This document shows, one piece after another, positions 43,623-52,481 of a stretch of 64,000 bases of DNA. The notes beneath the pieces are model-generated. The model was not told the origin of the DNA, searched no databases, and was given only the letters and a program-made list of their open reading frames with translations. Numbering within the stretch: the stretch's first letter is position 1; each line of letters opens with the position of its first letter. The stretch comes from an uncultured Thermoanaerobaculia bacterium (GTDB taxonomy: Bacteria; Acidobacteriota; Thermoanaerobaculia; Gp7-AA8), in assembly GCA_964650405.1 (NCBI GenBank), contig CAZYTO010000002.1:5164-69163 (forward strand). Direction: 5' to 3'. Made by a program: the position numbers and the translations under genes.

Positions 43623-45593
43623 ATGGCGCGGCTCGATGCCCTTCTGCTGATCGCGTACTACCTCGCCCTCGGCATCCTCGCGATCTACAGCGTTCATCGG
43701 CTCTATCTTGTCAGATTGCGCCGCACGCACGACGGGCCGCGTCCCCCGCTCGCGGAGCCCCAGACGTGGCCGTCTGTGACTGTGCAACTCCCGCTCTTCA
43801 ACGAACCGAACGTGGCCGCACGCCTCATCGACGCCGTGGCCGCGATCGACTACGCCGGACCCTTCGACATCCAGGTTCTCGACGACTCGAACGACGTCAC
43901 CACAACCATCGTCGCCGGGCGCGTCACGTTCTGGCGCGGGAAGGGGGTCGCCATCGCCCACCACCGCCGTGGAACGCGCGACGGGTACAAGGCCGGCGCC
44001 CTCGCCTACGGGCTGGCAAGGAGCGACAGCCGGCTCTTCGCCGTCTTCGACGCAGACTTCGTCCCCCCGCCGGACATCCTCACGAAGATGGTTCCGCACT
44101 TTGAGTTGACGGACGATCGCGCCGGCCGGAGTGCGCTGGATGCGGCCGGCGGTTCGGAGATGCATGCGGCTGGTCACGCAGGTGCGAGAAGGCACCGGGA
44201 GGACACCCTCTCCCACCGGGAGAGGGTCGCCGCGGAGCGCGCATCTCCATGCGCTGAATCGTCGGCAGGTCGTCAGCGCAGCGGCGGGGTGAGGGGTCAA
44301 GGCTTTCATGGGGCTTCAGGCGACGGTCGTTCCACGGCTATGTTGCGTTGGTTCAACATCGTGCGTGGCAACCGAAGGAGGCGGCCCCTCACCCCGGCAC
44401 TTTCGCGCTGGTTGCGGCGAAGTCGATTCACGGTGATCCGAATCGCGCGCTCAAGTGCCGACCCTCTCCCGCGGGGAGAGGGTGGTGCCGGTTCGCGCCA
44501 CCTGTGTCTGCTACGTTCGAGCGCCACCCGCGCCGTTTTCAGAGCAGAGGGTCGCCGCGACGCGCGTATGGCATCAGCTGTGGAGGCGGTGCCGGCTGAG
44601 AAGAACGGGAACGCCCCGCACCCCGCCCCCGCCGCGCGGCCGCCGGTAGGCATGGTGCAGGCGCGCTGGACGCACCTGAATCGCGAGCACTCGCTGCTCA
44701 CGCGGGTGCAGGCCATCTACCTCGATGCGCACTTCACCGTCGAGTCGGCGGCGCGCAACTTCGGAGGGCGGTTCTTCAATTTCAACGGAACGGCCGGCAT
44801 CTGGCGGCGTGAGGCCATCGACGACGCCGGCGGGTGGTCGGCGTCGACGCTGACGGAGGACCTTGACCTGTCGTACCGCGCCCAGCTCGCCGGATGGAGG
44901 TTCGTCTTCCTTCCCGACGTCGAAGTGCTGGCCGAGTTGCCTGAGGCACTGAACGGGTTTCAGGAGCAACAGCACCGCTGGGCCAAGGGCTCGATCCAGA
45001 CAGCGCGCAAGCTCCTCCCGCGCATCCTCGGCGGGACCCAGCCGGCGCGCGTCAAGGCGGAGGCCTTCTTCCACCTGACGAACAACTCGGCGTACCTGCT
45101 CACGCTCGTCCTGGCACTGCTCATTGTGCCCGCCATCGTCGTCCGGCAGCGCCTGGGCATCCTCTGGACGATGTCGATCGACGTCGTACTCTTCTTCGCA
45201 TCGACCGGCTCGGTGCTCCGCTTCTACATCGAAGGACAGCGCCGCGCCGGGCGCACGCGGCCGACCGCGCGCGAGCTTCTGGCGGTGATCCCCATCGGCA
45301 TCGGGATCTCCATCCGCAACTCCGCGGCGGTCATCGAGGGCCTGTTCGAGCGGGGTGGCCACTTCCGGCGAACGCCGAAGAGCGGCGACCGCGGGCGGGC
45401 CGTACCGGAGGGGCGGCCGCGCCTTCCCATTGCCGAGCTCGTTCTTGCCTCATTCTTCGTCACCGCCTTCACGGCGTTTGCCGGCGCCCGCCAGTGGATC
45501 GCGTTGCCGTTCCTCATGCTCTTCACCGGCGGCTTTCTGTACGTCGCCGCTGCCGGGCTCATCGAGCGCTTCACATTCCAGACACGAATGTGA
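43623..45593 (+). CDS. family-2 processive glycosyltransferase (cellulose-synthase-like) carrying a large in-frame insertion
   Basis: QLPLFNE, VLDDSND, FDADF and QEQQHRWAKG (QxxRW) motifs; about 181 extra codons between HFE and VGMVQARW. Confidence 0.75.
   Translation: MARLDALLLIAYYLALGILAIYSVHRLYLVRLRRTHDGPRPPLAEPQTWPSVTVQLPLFNEPNVAARLIDAVAAIDYAGPFDIQVLDDSNDVTTTIVAGRVTFWRGKGVAIAHHRRGTRDGYKAGALAYGLARSDSRLFAVFDADFVPPPDILTKMVPHFELTDDRAGRSALDAAGGSEMHAAGHAGARRHREDTLSHRERVAAERASPCAESSAGRQRSGGVRGQGFHGASGDGRSTAMLRWFNIVRGNRRRRPLTPALSRWLRRSRFTVIRIARSSADPLPRGEGGAGSRHLCLLRSSATRAVFRAEGRRDARMASAVEAVPAEKNGNAPHPAPAARPPVGMVQARWTHLNREHSLLTRVQAIYLDAHFTVESAARNFGGRFFNFNGTAGIWRREAIDDAGGWSASTLTEDLDLSYRAQLAGWRFVFLPDVEVLAELPEALNGFQEQQHRWAKGSIQTARKLLPRILGGTQPARVKAEAFFHLTNNSAYLLTLVLALLIVPAIVVRQRLGILWTMSIDVVLFFASTGSVLRFYIEGQRRAGRTRPTARELLAVIPIGIGISIRNSAAVIEGLFERGGHFRRTPKSGDRGRAVPEGRPRLPIAELVLASFFVTAFTAFAGARQWIALPFLMLFTGGFLYVAAAGLIERFTFQTRM
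44103..44645. repeat. palindrome-rich insertion (REP/MITE-like) inside the GT2 reading frame
   Basis: CCCTCTCCC-N3-GGGAGAGGG hairpins at 44206-44226 and 44462-44482; GGGGTGAGGGG (44286-44296) / CCCCTCACCCC (44385-44395); direct repeat AGAGGGTCGCCGCG near 44221 and 44547. Confidence 0.55.
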
Positions 45594-45636
45594 GCCCGGG
45601 CACGGGTGTAGTTCTTTTTTTCGTTAAGATCAGTGC

Positions 45637-46284
45637 GTGGTCATGCACCGCCAAAACCTCGGCGACATGCTCCTCGCCGCCAACCTCATCGACGAGGTCC
45701 AGATGCAGATCGCCCTCGTCGAGCAGAAGGAGACCGGCAAGCGCTTCGGCTCGACCCTGGTCGACCTGCAGTTCATCGACGAGAACGTGCTGGCGGCCTT
45801 CCTCTCCAAGCAGATCGACGTTCCCTGCATCAGCCTTCTGCGCATCGACATCCCGAAGAAGGTGCAGCGCAAGTTCACGCGCGAGCTGGCCGTGGCCTGT
45901 CAGGCCATCCCGGTGCGCATCGACGACGGAGGCCGCCTCGAAGTGGCCATGGTCGATCCGACGGACATCGAGATCCTCACCCGGATGGAGGGTCTCGTCT
46001 CGATGACGGTCGTGCCGCTCATCGCCCCGGAAAGCTCGATCATGGCCATGATCGAGAAGTTCTATCCGGAAGAGATCGACGGCGACGACACCAATGCCGC
46101 CCGCCGCCAGGCCGATCCGGGAAAGCAGTCCGTGCCGGCCGATCCGATCTTCTGGGACATCATCGAGGAGCTGGACAGCGCTGATCTGGACCGGCGCCTC
46201 ACCCGCATCGAGCAGAGCCTCGATCGGATCTGGACCCTGCTGGAGAAGGTCCTGCGCACGCTGGAGATGCCCGAGCGCCGCTGA
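45637..46284 (+). CDS. stand-alone MshEN/GspE-N-terminal-domain protein (c-di-GMP-binding motif type)
   Basis: Two 24-residue motifs NLGDMLLAANLIDEVQMQIALVEQ and RFGSTLVDLQFIDENVLAAFLSKQ with a 5-residue spacer; GTG 45637 or ATG 45643. Confidence 0.7.
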   Translation: MVMHRQNLGDMLLAANLIDEVQMQIALVEQKETGKRFGSTLVDLQFIDENVLAAFLSKQIDVPCISLLRIDIPKKVQRKFTRELAVACQAIPVRIDDGGRLEVAMVDPTDIEILTRMEGLVSMTVVPLIAPESSIMAMIEKFYPEEIDGDDTNAARRQADPGKQSVPADPIFWDIIEELDSADLDRRLTRIEQSLDRIWTLLEKVLRTLEMPERR

Positions 46285-46293
46285 GCGCGCGGA

Positions 46294-46926
46294 TCACAGC
46301 GGCGGCTTCTGCGTCGTTACCTTCTCCGGCCCGGTGGTCGTGGTGGTCGTCGTCTGTTGCTGCGACTGCGCGGCCTGCTGCAGGCGGCGCTCCACCGCGG
46401 CCGGATCATCGTTACCGTCGAGGATGTTGTCGTCCATGCCCGCGTTGGCACGCTCCAATCGCTTGCGCTGGTCCTCTTCCGCCTTCTTCTTTTCCTTGTC
46501 GGCGATGGCCTTTCGCTCCGCGTCGGCAGCGGCGACCATCTCCTCCACCGTCTTGCCGATGTCGCCGGGCGGCGTGGGAGGGAGAGCGGCCGGATTGCTG
46601 CTGCCGGTGGTGATGTGGCCTCCGCTCCGGGCCAGGTTGTCGTTGTTGATGGAAATCTTCGACTTCTTGTTGCCGCGCGCGGCATTGGTGCGTGCGGCGG
46701 CGGCGGCGAGAGAGGCGGGGGCCGGCTGCGTCCCGGGAGCGGCGGCGAGGGTCGTCGTGGTCGCCTGCCTGGCAGGGGCCGGCGCGGGGGTAGCCGTCGT
46801 TGCAGCGGTGGTGGTGGCAGGCGCGGCAGTCGTGGTCTGCTGCGCCGGCGCGGGCTGGTCCGCGGGCGCCGCGGCGAGGGACCACGTCATCAAGAGAGCG
46901 GCTGCCGCAAGGGCGGGCGATTTCAT
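46294..46926 (-). CDS. secreted Thr/Ala/Pro-rich low-complexity protein
   Basis: Signal peptide MKSPALAAAALLMTWSLAAAP; internal ATG 46926; charged coiled-coil-like C-terminal half. Confidence 0.5.
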   Translation of the reverse strand: MKSPALAAAALLMTWSLAAAPADQPAPAQQTTTAAPATTTAATTATPAPAPARQATTTTLAAAPGTQPAPASLAAAAARTNAARGNKKSKISINNDNLARSGGHITTGSSNPAALPPTPPGDIGKTVEEMVAAADAERKAIADKEKKKAEEDQRKRLERANAGMDDNILDGNDDPAAVERRLQQAAQSQQQTTTTTTTGPEKVTTQKPPL

Positions 46927-47022
46927 CAGGGGCCTCCGTGTCCATTCAATGTTACGCTTCGCCGCGAAATTTCTCTCCAGCCTCGGCTTTTGCGACCCGA
47001 ATCTTGCAATCCCGCCCACTGA

Positions 47023-47595
47023 ATGTCGGCTGAGCTTCTCCTCCACAAGTTCGGCTACCTGGCCGTCTTCATCGGAACCTTCCTGGAAGGGGAGACGATC
47101 CTCGTCATGGCCGGCTTCTTCGCGCAGCGCGGCTATCTCTTCCTCCCCTTTGTCGCGCTCGCTGCCTGCCTCGGCGCCTACATCGGCCACGTCTTCTGGT
47201 TCTGGCTCGGCCGCACGCAGGGGGTCAAGCTGCTCGACCGGTTCCCGAAGATGAAGCGCCACTTCGGCCGCGGCATCCGTCTCTTCGAGCGCTACGGGGC
47301 GCCGGCCATCTTCATCACCCAGTGGCTCTACGGTCTCCGCATCACGTGCGCGGTCATCATCGGCACGTCGAAGATCTCAACCAGCAAGTTCCTCATTTAC
47401 GAGGCAATCACCTGCGTGGTCTGGGCGGCCATCATTTCCGCCGCCGGCTTCTTCTTCGGCCAGGCCGTGGAGAAGATCCTCGGCCGCGCCGCACACATCG
47501 AGAAATGGGGACTCTTCGCGCTCGTCCTCATCGGGCTCAGCGTCTGGGGCTACCACCAGTGGAAAGACCGTCGCGAGGCGAGCTCGGAAGAGTAG
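47023..47595 (+). CDS. DedA-family membrane protein
   Basis: GYLAVFIGTFLEGETILVMAG motif typical of the DedA/SNARE-associated family. Confidence 0.85.
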   Translation: MSAELLLHKFGYLAVFIGTFLEGETILVMAGFFAQRGYLFLPFVALAACLGAYIGHVFWFWLGRTQGVKLLDRFPKMKRHFGRGIRLFERYGAPAIFITQWLYGLRITCAVIIGTSKISTSKFLIYEAITCVVWAAIISAAGFFFGQAVEKILGRAAHIEKWGLFALVLIGLSVWGYHQWKDRREASSEE

Positions 47596-47605
47596 AGCCC
47601 TTCCC

Positions 47606-47902
47606 TCAGTGCGCCGTCGCCAGGGTGTCCTGCGGTGCGAACTGCACCTCCGTCCACTTCCCGTCGACGTTCGCCATCAGCGTGCCGACCACACGCCCTT
47701 TTCCCGTGCTCACGATGCGGATGGCGAGATCGGAGCCGCGCACGAGCTTCGACGCGGGCGCCAGGACCTGGATGGGCTGGCCGTTGGTGTCGGTGGTCAT
47801 GGTCCACGTCGGCCGATGCTGCGCCGAGAGGGCCACTGCCGAAAGCAGGACACCGGCGACGATACCGAAGAGAAAGATCGCGAGAGACCGCACCTTGAAC
47901 AT
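47606..47902 (-). CDS. small membrane-anchored or exported protein, last gene of the pseudopilin operon
   Basis: 98 aa with an N-terminal hydrophobic helix; 75 nt downstream of the pseudopilin gene. Confidence 0.45.
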   Translation of the reverse strand: MFKVRSLAIFLFGIVAGVLLSAVALSAQHRPTWTMTTDTNGQPIQVLAPASKLVRGSDLAIRIVSTGKGRVVGTLMANVDGKWTEVQFAPQDTLATAH

Positions 47903-47976
47903 CGAGAATCTCCTTCCGCTTTGAATAGTAGACGCTCGAGCGGTGCTTGCGGTTCCCCTGTGGTGGATGCGGCGCG

Positions 47977-49026
47977 TCAGAAGCGCCCGGACGACGTCAC
48001 GAACCCCTGTTGCGCCTCGTAGGTCGAGGCGCGGTAGTTCGACATCAACAGCAGGCGTGTCATGACCTTCCGGGCCTTGGCCGGTCCGACCATCTTCACT
48101 TCGAACCCGGCCGGGAAATGCGGAAAGTTCGTATCGGCCACGGCGTAAGCGAACACGGGGAGGCGGAGGGGGAAGGGCTTGACCGGCTTATCGGGCGCAA
48201 AGGCGATGGAGTAGTCCATCTTCCCGGAGATGCGTCCGCCGAGGAGCTCGGGAAAGAGGCTCTTCGTGGTGTTGATGTTGATCTTCGGAGTCTTGAGCGG
48301 CGCGGCGAAGGCTCCTGCCTTGGCAATGTTGAGATCGTAGAAGGCCTGGGTCACGGGCTGGGTGGTATCCCCCGCCGTGTCGCTATTGGCGGCGATGACC
48401 TTCGGGGGCACGACCTGGCGCTGGGCATGCGTCAGGGTACTGAGCTGGAAGTAGTCCGCATATTCGACGCTCGTGCTCTCCACCAGGTCGAGCGTGATGC
48501 CGGTGCCGCCGAAGCTGCGCTTGGCGTTCGGCGAGAGAAAGAAGTACTCGAAGCGGTAGCGGTCGATGAGCATCTCCACGTCGGGCGTCTTGGGGTTGTT
48601 GTCGTCGTCGTAGAAGACCGACAGCGGGGAGAGTTGCCGGGCGATGAGGAGCGAGTTGCCGGTCAGGCGGTTCGAGCCGTTCCCCGTGTCCGGCTCGATC
48701 GTCGTCGTGGTGCTGTCGATGATGGGCAGGAGCGTATCCGCCCAGACCGGCTGGGCCGGCGGAAGCTGCAGCGCCGAGCGGTAGCCGGCGCCGGTGGCAT
48801 CCTCCTGGAAGGCCGTGCGCGTCTGCAGGATCTCGGTCTGGATGGTATTCACCCCGCGCTCGGTCATGATCGTCAGGTCGTTGTGACTCTCGTTGAACAG
48901 CGTGAGATGCAGCGTCCTCTCGATCATCGAGTAGACGATAATCATCAGCCCCGAGAAGATGATCAGCGTCACCAGGATCTCGGGAAGGGACATGCCGCGT
49001 TGCGCGCGTCGCCGTCTTGCTGTCAT
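47977..49026 (-). CDS. prepilin-type N-terminal cleavage/methylation protein (PilW/GspJ-like minor pseudopilin)
   Basis: Leader MTARRRRAQRG then MSLPEILVTLIIFSGLMIIV (G-1, E+5). Confidence 0.7.
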   Translation of the reverse strand: MTARRRRAQRGMSLPEILVTLIIFSGLMIIVYSMIERTLHLTLFNESHNDLTIMTERGVNTIQTEILQTRTAFQEDATGAGYRSALQLPPAQPVWADTLLPIIDSTTTTIEPDTGNGSNRLTGNSLLIARQLSPLSVFYDDDNNPKTPDVEMLIDRYRFEYFFLSPNAKRSFGGTGITLDLVESTSVEYADYFQLSTLTHAQRQVVPPKVIAANSDTAGDTTQPVTQAFYDLNIAKAGAFAAPLKTPKININTTKSLFPELLGGRISGKMDYSIAFAPDKPVKPFPLRLPVFAYAVADTNFPHFPAGFEVKMVGPAKARKVMTRLLLMSNYRASTYEAQQGFVTSSGRF

Positions 49027-49029
49027 GGC

Positions 49030-52000
49030 TTACCTCTTGAGGAAGACGCGGTACTGGTGGAACGAGTAGTGGAGGGGAATGGTGTCGCGGTAGGCCTCCA
49101 CGCGCACGACGTAGTTGCCTTTGGGGAACGTGGCCGCGGGCACGCTCCACGCGTAGGAGGACAGCGTGGTCAGGTAATTCGGATCGGTGGGTTTCACGCC
49201 CGGTGTGGCCGGCGTGCCGTCGAACATGGACAGCCAGGACTTGCCGTTGTCTCGGCTGTACATGAGCACGTAGCTGACCGTGGTGTCCTCGGCGAACGTA
49301 TTGCTGTAGGCCGGGGTATACGGGAGGCCGTCCCAGCGCAGCCATTGCGTCGTCCAGGCCACGCTCAGCGAAGAGATGTTGTCCGTATTGGTCGAGTCGT
49401 TCGGCGACGTGATCGAGACGCGCGGCAGCTCACGGACGCGCGAGTCGTCCGGCTTGTTGGCGGCGTTCTTCAACAGGCCCCCGGCCATGTAGCTCTGCAC
49501 CAGGCTGAGGAACGACCAGCGGGCGATGAACGACACGCCTGACTCGCCGGTGGGCGACAGGCCGTTGACCACCACGAAGGCGGCATCATTGCCGTCTTTC
49601 GCCGCCAGCAGGGAGCTCGACTGGATGTTCGTCGAGTGCTTGTAGTAGTGCGCCAGCGCCGTCAGGGTCATGGTGTTGCCATAGACCGGCTGCAGGAAGT
49701 GGTCGGGGTTCATCGTCGTGTCGTTGATGTTGACGTCGAATGGCCGCGCGCTGGGGATGGTGTCCGCCAGGGGGAAGTTGTACGTCGACCGGATGTCCTT
49801 GCCGTCCGTGTCGATGTTGCTGTCGGTGCCGTCCTGGTAGCGGTGGTGGAAGGTCGACTTCGACGAGCCGCTCCAGAAGAAGGTCGTGCTCCCCTGGGCG
49901 TTGGTGCGGCGCACGGCGTCGGTGAGGTCCGTACCGAAGGGAAGGTTGGAGGTGATGTTGCCGCGCAGCGCGCGGGAGTATTTGCCGGCACCCGTCCCCG
50001 TCGGCAGGTTACCGGTGGTCGACCAGGTGGCCCACTGGGAGTCGGGAGCCAGCTCTCCCAGCCAGGAGAGCGACCACCAGTAATTCGCGGCCGTGGAGTT
50101 GTCGCGGATGTACTTCACGCCGCCCGGGATGGTGTTGATGGTGGCATTGGTGATCGACTGTTCGTAACGGGTGTTGGTCGTTCCGTCGAACGGCTTCGAA
50201 GACACCGGGATACTGTTGGCGAAACCGTTCGCGCTGTCGTAGCCGATTTCGTTCCCGATGCCGACGTAGTAGTAAGAGAAGCCGGTCATCGTGGTGTAGA
50301 CGGAATGCGAGCGCACCACGGCCTGCCGGAGGACCTGGAACATGCGGTGGATGTCGATCTCCAGCGTGCCGTTCCCGGTGTCCCAGCCGTCGTTGTCGTT
50401 GGTCGAGTCGGCGGCGTTGTTCTTGACGCCGTAGTAGTTGCCGCTGCCGGCCGGCGCGTCATAAGACCAGCCCGGCCAGGAGGCGATGTTGTTGCCGGCA
50501 GCCGAGTCGAAGTCCTCGAAATAGCGGTTGTAGCCCATGCCCAACTGATTGGCGCGGGCGCGGCCCGAGCCGAGGTGCGGCATCTTCACGTCGGCATACG
50601 GGCAGTGGCGCGGATCGCCCAGGAACTGGAAGCGCTCCGTGACCGGCATGTTGGGGTCATTCGTGGCATCGCCGTAGAGCCATGTGTCCGTGCCGCGCCA
50701 GGCGTAGGTGCGGGAGAGGTTCGTCGGCGCGTTGCCCGGCGGCGGATAGACCGTTCCGGTGGTGATGTCCGAGCCGATGCGGGTCTCGATGGTGAGCATG
50801 GCATTGGCGGGTAACTGTGCGGACGGAATCTGGATGATCCAGCGGGCCGTGTTCTTCTCGACGTCGCCGGCGGTGGAGAGGTCGGTCTGGAACGGATTGG
50901 GAGGTGCGCCCCCGGTGAGGTCCTCGACCGGCGCGGGGATGTACTCCAGCCCGTACAACTGCCGGGTCGTATTCAGTCCCCCCTGCTTGCAGGGCTTCGT
51001 GTTGTCGTCGGTGACGCACGGCGCCTTCAGGGGCGAGTTGTAGAGGCTGAAGATCGTGTCGCCGCCGGCGATCGTCCACGACCACCACATCTTGTTCGCG
51101 CCGGACGTCGTCGAAGCGAGCTGGTCGGTGTACGGATCGGGGCTGCCGTTACCGTCGAAATCGACGCCTCCCGTCACGGCCACGACACTGTTGGGAGTGG
51201 GGGCCAGCGTCACGCCCTTCACCGTGACGGTGATGGGGGTCGAGCCGGCTACGCCCTTGCCCAGCCAGTCCGGCACGGTGGCCGGGTTGGGGGCATTGTG
51301 GTACGAGTAGACGCGCAGCGAGACGTTGTCCGTGTTCGCGTAGTGCAGGTTGTCGGGGTGCGTGACGACGCGGATGTTGGCGTACTTGGACGGGTCCTTC
51401 GCCGCGTCGGAGTAATTGCGAACGGGCGGGAACGGGAACAGCTCGCCGTGCAGGTTGATGACCATGGCGTTGCGGTATTTGTTCGGATGCATGTACATGT
51501 CATCGAGCAGGAGGCGCAGGGTGGGCTCCGTCTTCGACTCCAGGCCCACGGCCACGCGGGCATTGAAGAGGTTCAGCTCGTCCTGGTAGCGCATGCCGTT
51601 GTTGTACTGATCGGCGAGCGAGTACGGGAGCTGGTTCTCCTTGACGTCATAGCCGTTGGTGACGCTGCCGTCGACGTTGACGCGGCCGGTGAAGAAATCG
51701 GGCGGGTAGTAATTGTCGACCGCGGAGCCGCTGGGCATCATGCCGGGATAGAAATAGACCGAGTCGATGGGCTGATTGGAGTCGGCGGCCTTGTTGACAT
51801 ACGGCGTGTAATACGGATCGCGCCCGTACGAAAGCTTGCGGATCCAGTGGCGGCGGAACTGCAGTCCGGGCTGGCGGGACTCCAGGTCGTTCATGGCGCT
51901 TTCGACGTACGGGACGATGTTCTGCATGTACAGCCACCATCCCGGGATGTTCTCGATGGCCACGAGATAAATGTCGTAGACCTGCGTCGGCGGCGTGTTC

Positions 52001-52470
52001 TGTCCGATGGTGCTCAGGACGCTGGCCACCTCGGCGAGCAGGCGCGGACCGCCGTCCAGGTTGACGAAAACCTTCACGTTTACGATGCGCAGGTCGCTGG
52101 CGCCGGGAACCTTCTGCACCGTCACGCGGCGCTCGTAGAGCCACTTGTTGTTGCCGATGAACGTGTTGCCGCTGAGGGTGACGCTCGGATCGGTGACGCT
52201 CTTGTCCGTGGTGAGCACAGGCTGGTTCACCACGCCGTCATCGTAGGCGTCGAGCATGTTGATGTTCGTCGCGTCCTGCGTCTGGACGAGCGCCCGCAGC
52301 TCCTCCAGCATGGAAATGGCCTTCTGTGTGGCGAACTGCTTGTTGATGTTGTCCTGCGTGGCCCGGTAGGACGTGTTGACCAGCCGCATCGAGAACGCGA
52401 TCGTCATGCCGATGATGGCCAGGGCTACGACCGCTTCTGCCAGGGACATTCCTCGTTGAAGTCTGCGCAT
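49030..52470 (-). CDS. giant prepilin-type protein (about 1146 aa), unknown extracellular domain
   Basis: Leader MRRLQRG then MSLAEAVVALAIIGMTIAF; GGGGAG 8 nt upstream of ATG 52470; Asn/Thr/Tyr/Trp-rich body. Confidence 0.7.
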   Translation of the reverse strand: MRRLQRGMSLAEAVVALAIIGMTIAFSMRLVNTSYRATQDNINKQFATQKAISMLEELRALVQTQDATNINMLDAYDDGVVNQPVLTTDKSVTDPSVTLSGNTFIGNNKWLYERRVTVQKVPGASDLRIVNVKVFVNLDGGPRLLAEVASVLSTIGQNTPPTQVYDIYLVAIENIPGWWLYMQNIVPYVESAMNDLESRQPGLQFRRHWIRKLSYGRDPYYTPYVNKAADSNQPIDSVYFYPGMMPSGSAVDNYYPPDFFTGRVNVDGSVTNGYDVKENQLPYSLADQYNNGMRYQDELNLFNARVAVGLESKTEPTLRLLLDDMYMHPNKYRNAMVINLHGELFPFPPVRNYSDAAKDPSKYANIRVVTHPDNLHYANTDNVSLRVYSYHNAPNPATVPDWLGKGVAGSTPITVTVKGVTLAPTPNSVVAVTGGVDFDGNGSPDPYTDQLASTTSGANKMWWSWTIAGGDTIFSLYNSPLKAPCVTDDNTKPCKQGGLNTTRQLYGLEYIPAPVEDLTGGAPPNPFQTDLSTAGDVEKNTARWIIQIPSAQLPANAMLTIETRIGSDITTGTVYPPPGNAPTNLSRTYAWRGTDTWLYGDATNDPNMPVTERFQFLGDPRHCPYADVKMPHLGSGRARANQLGMGYNRYFEDFDSAAGNNIASWPGWSYDAPAGSGNYYGVKNNAADSTNDNDGWDTGNGTLEIDIHRMFQVLRQAVVRSHSVYTTMTGFSYYYVGIGNEIGYDSANGFANSIPVSSKPFDGTTNTRYEQSITNATINTIPGGVKYIRDNSTAANYWWSLSWLGELAPDSQWATWSTTGNLPTGTGAGKYSRALRGNITSNLPFGTDLTDAVRRTNAQGSTTFFWSGSSKSTFHHRYQDGTDSNIDTDGKDIRSTYNFPLADTIPSARPFDVNINDTTMNPDHFLQPVYGNTMTLTALAHYYKHSTNIQSSSLLAAKDGNDAAFVVVNGLSPTGESGVSFIARWSFLSLVQSYMAGGLLKNAANKPDDSRVRELPRVSITSPNDSTNTDNISSLSVAWTTQWLRWDGLPYTPAYSNTFAEDTTVSYVLMYSRDNGKSWLSMFDGTPATPGVKPTDPNYLTTLSSYAWSVPAATFPKGNYVVRVEAYRDTIPLHYSFHQYRVFLKR

Positions 52471-52481
52471 GGCTGCTCCCC

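Noticed and set aside
44103-44645. Intein or intron explanation for the GT2 insertion; the 136-aa minus-strand ORF 44306-44716 as a gene
   Set aside because: The junctions lack intein hallmarks: no Cys/Ser/Thr at the N-junction, no His-Asn plus nucleophile at the C-junction, and no endonuclease motifs. I saw no group I/II intron features. The antisense ORF is just the translated palindromes (PPSPRGRGS-type), as is common for REP-like elements.
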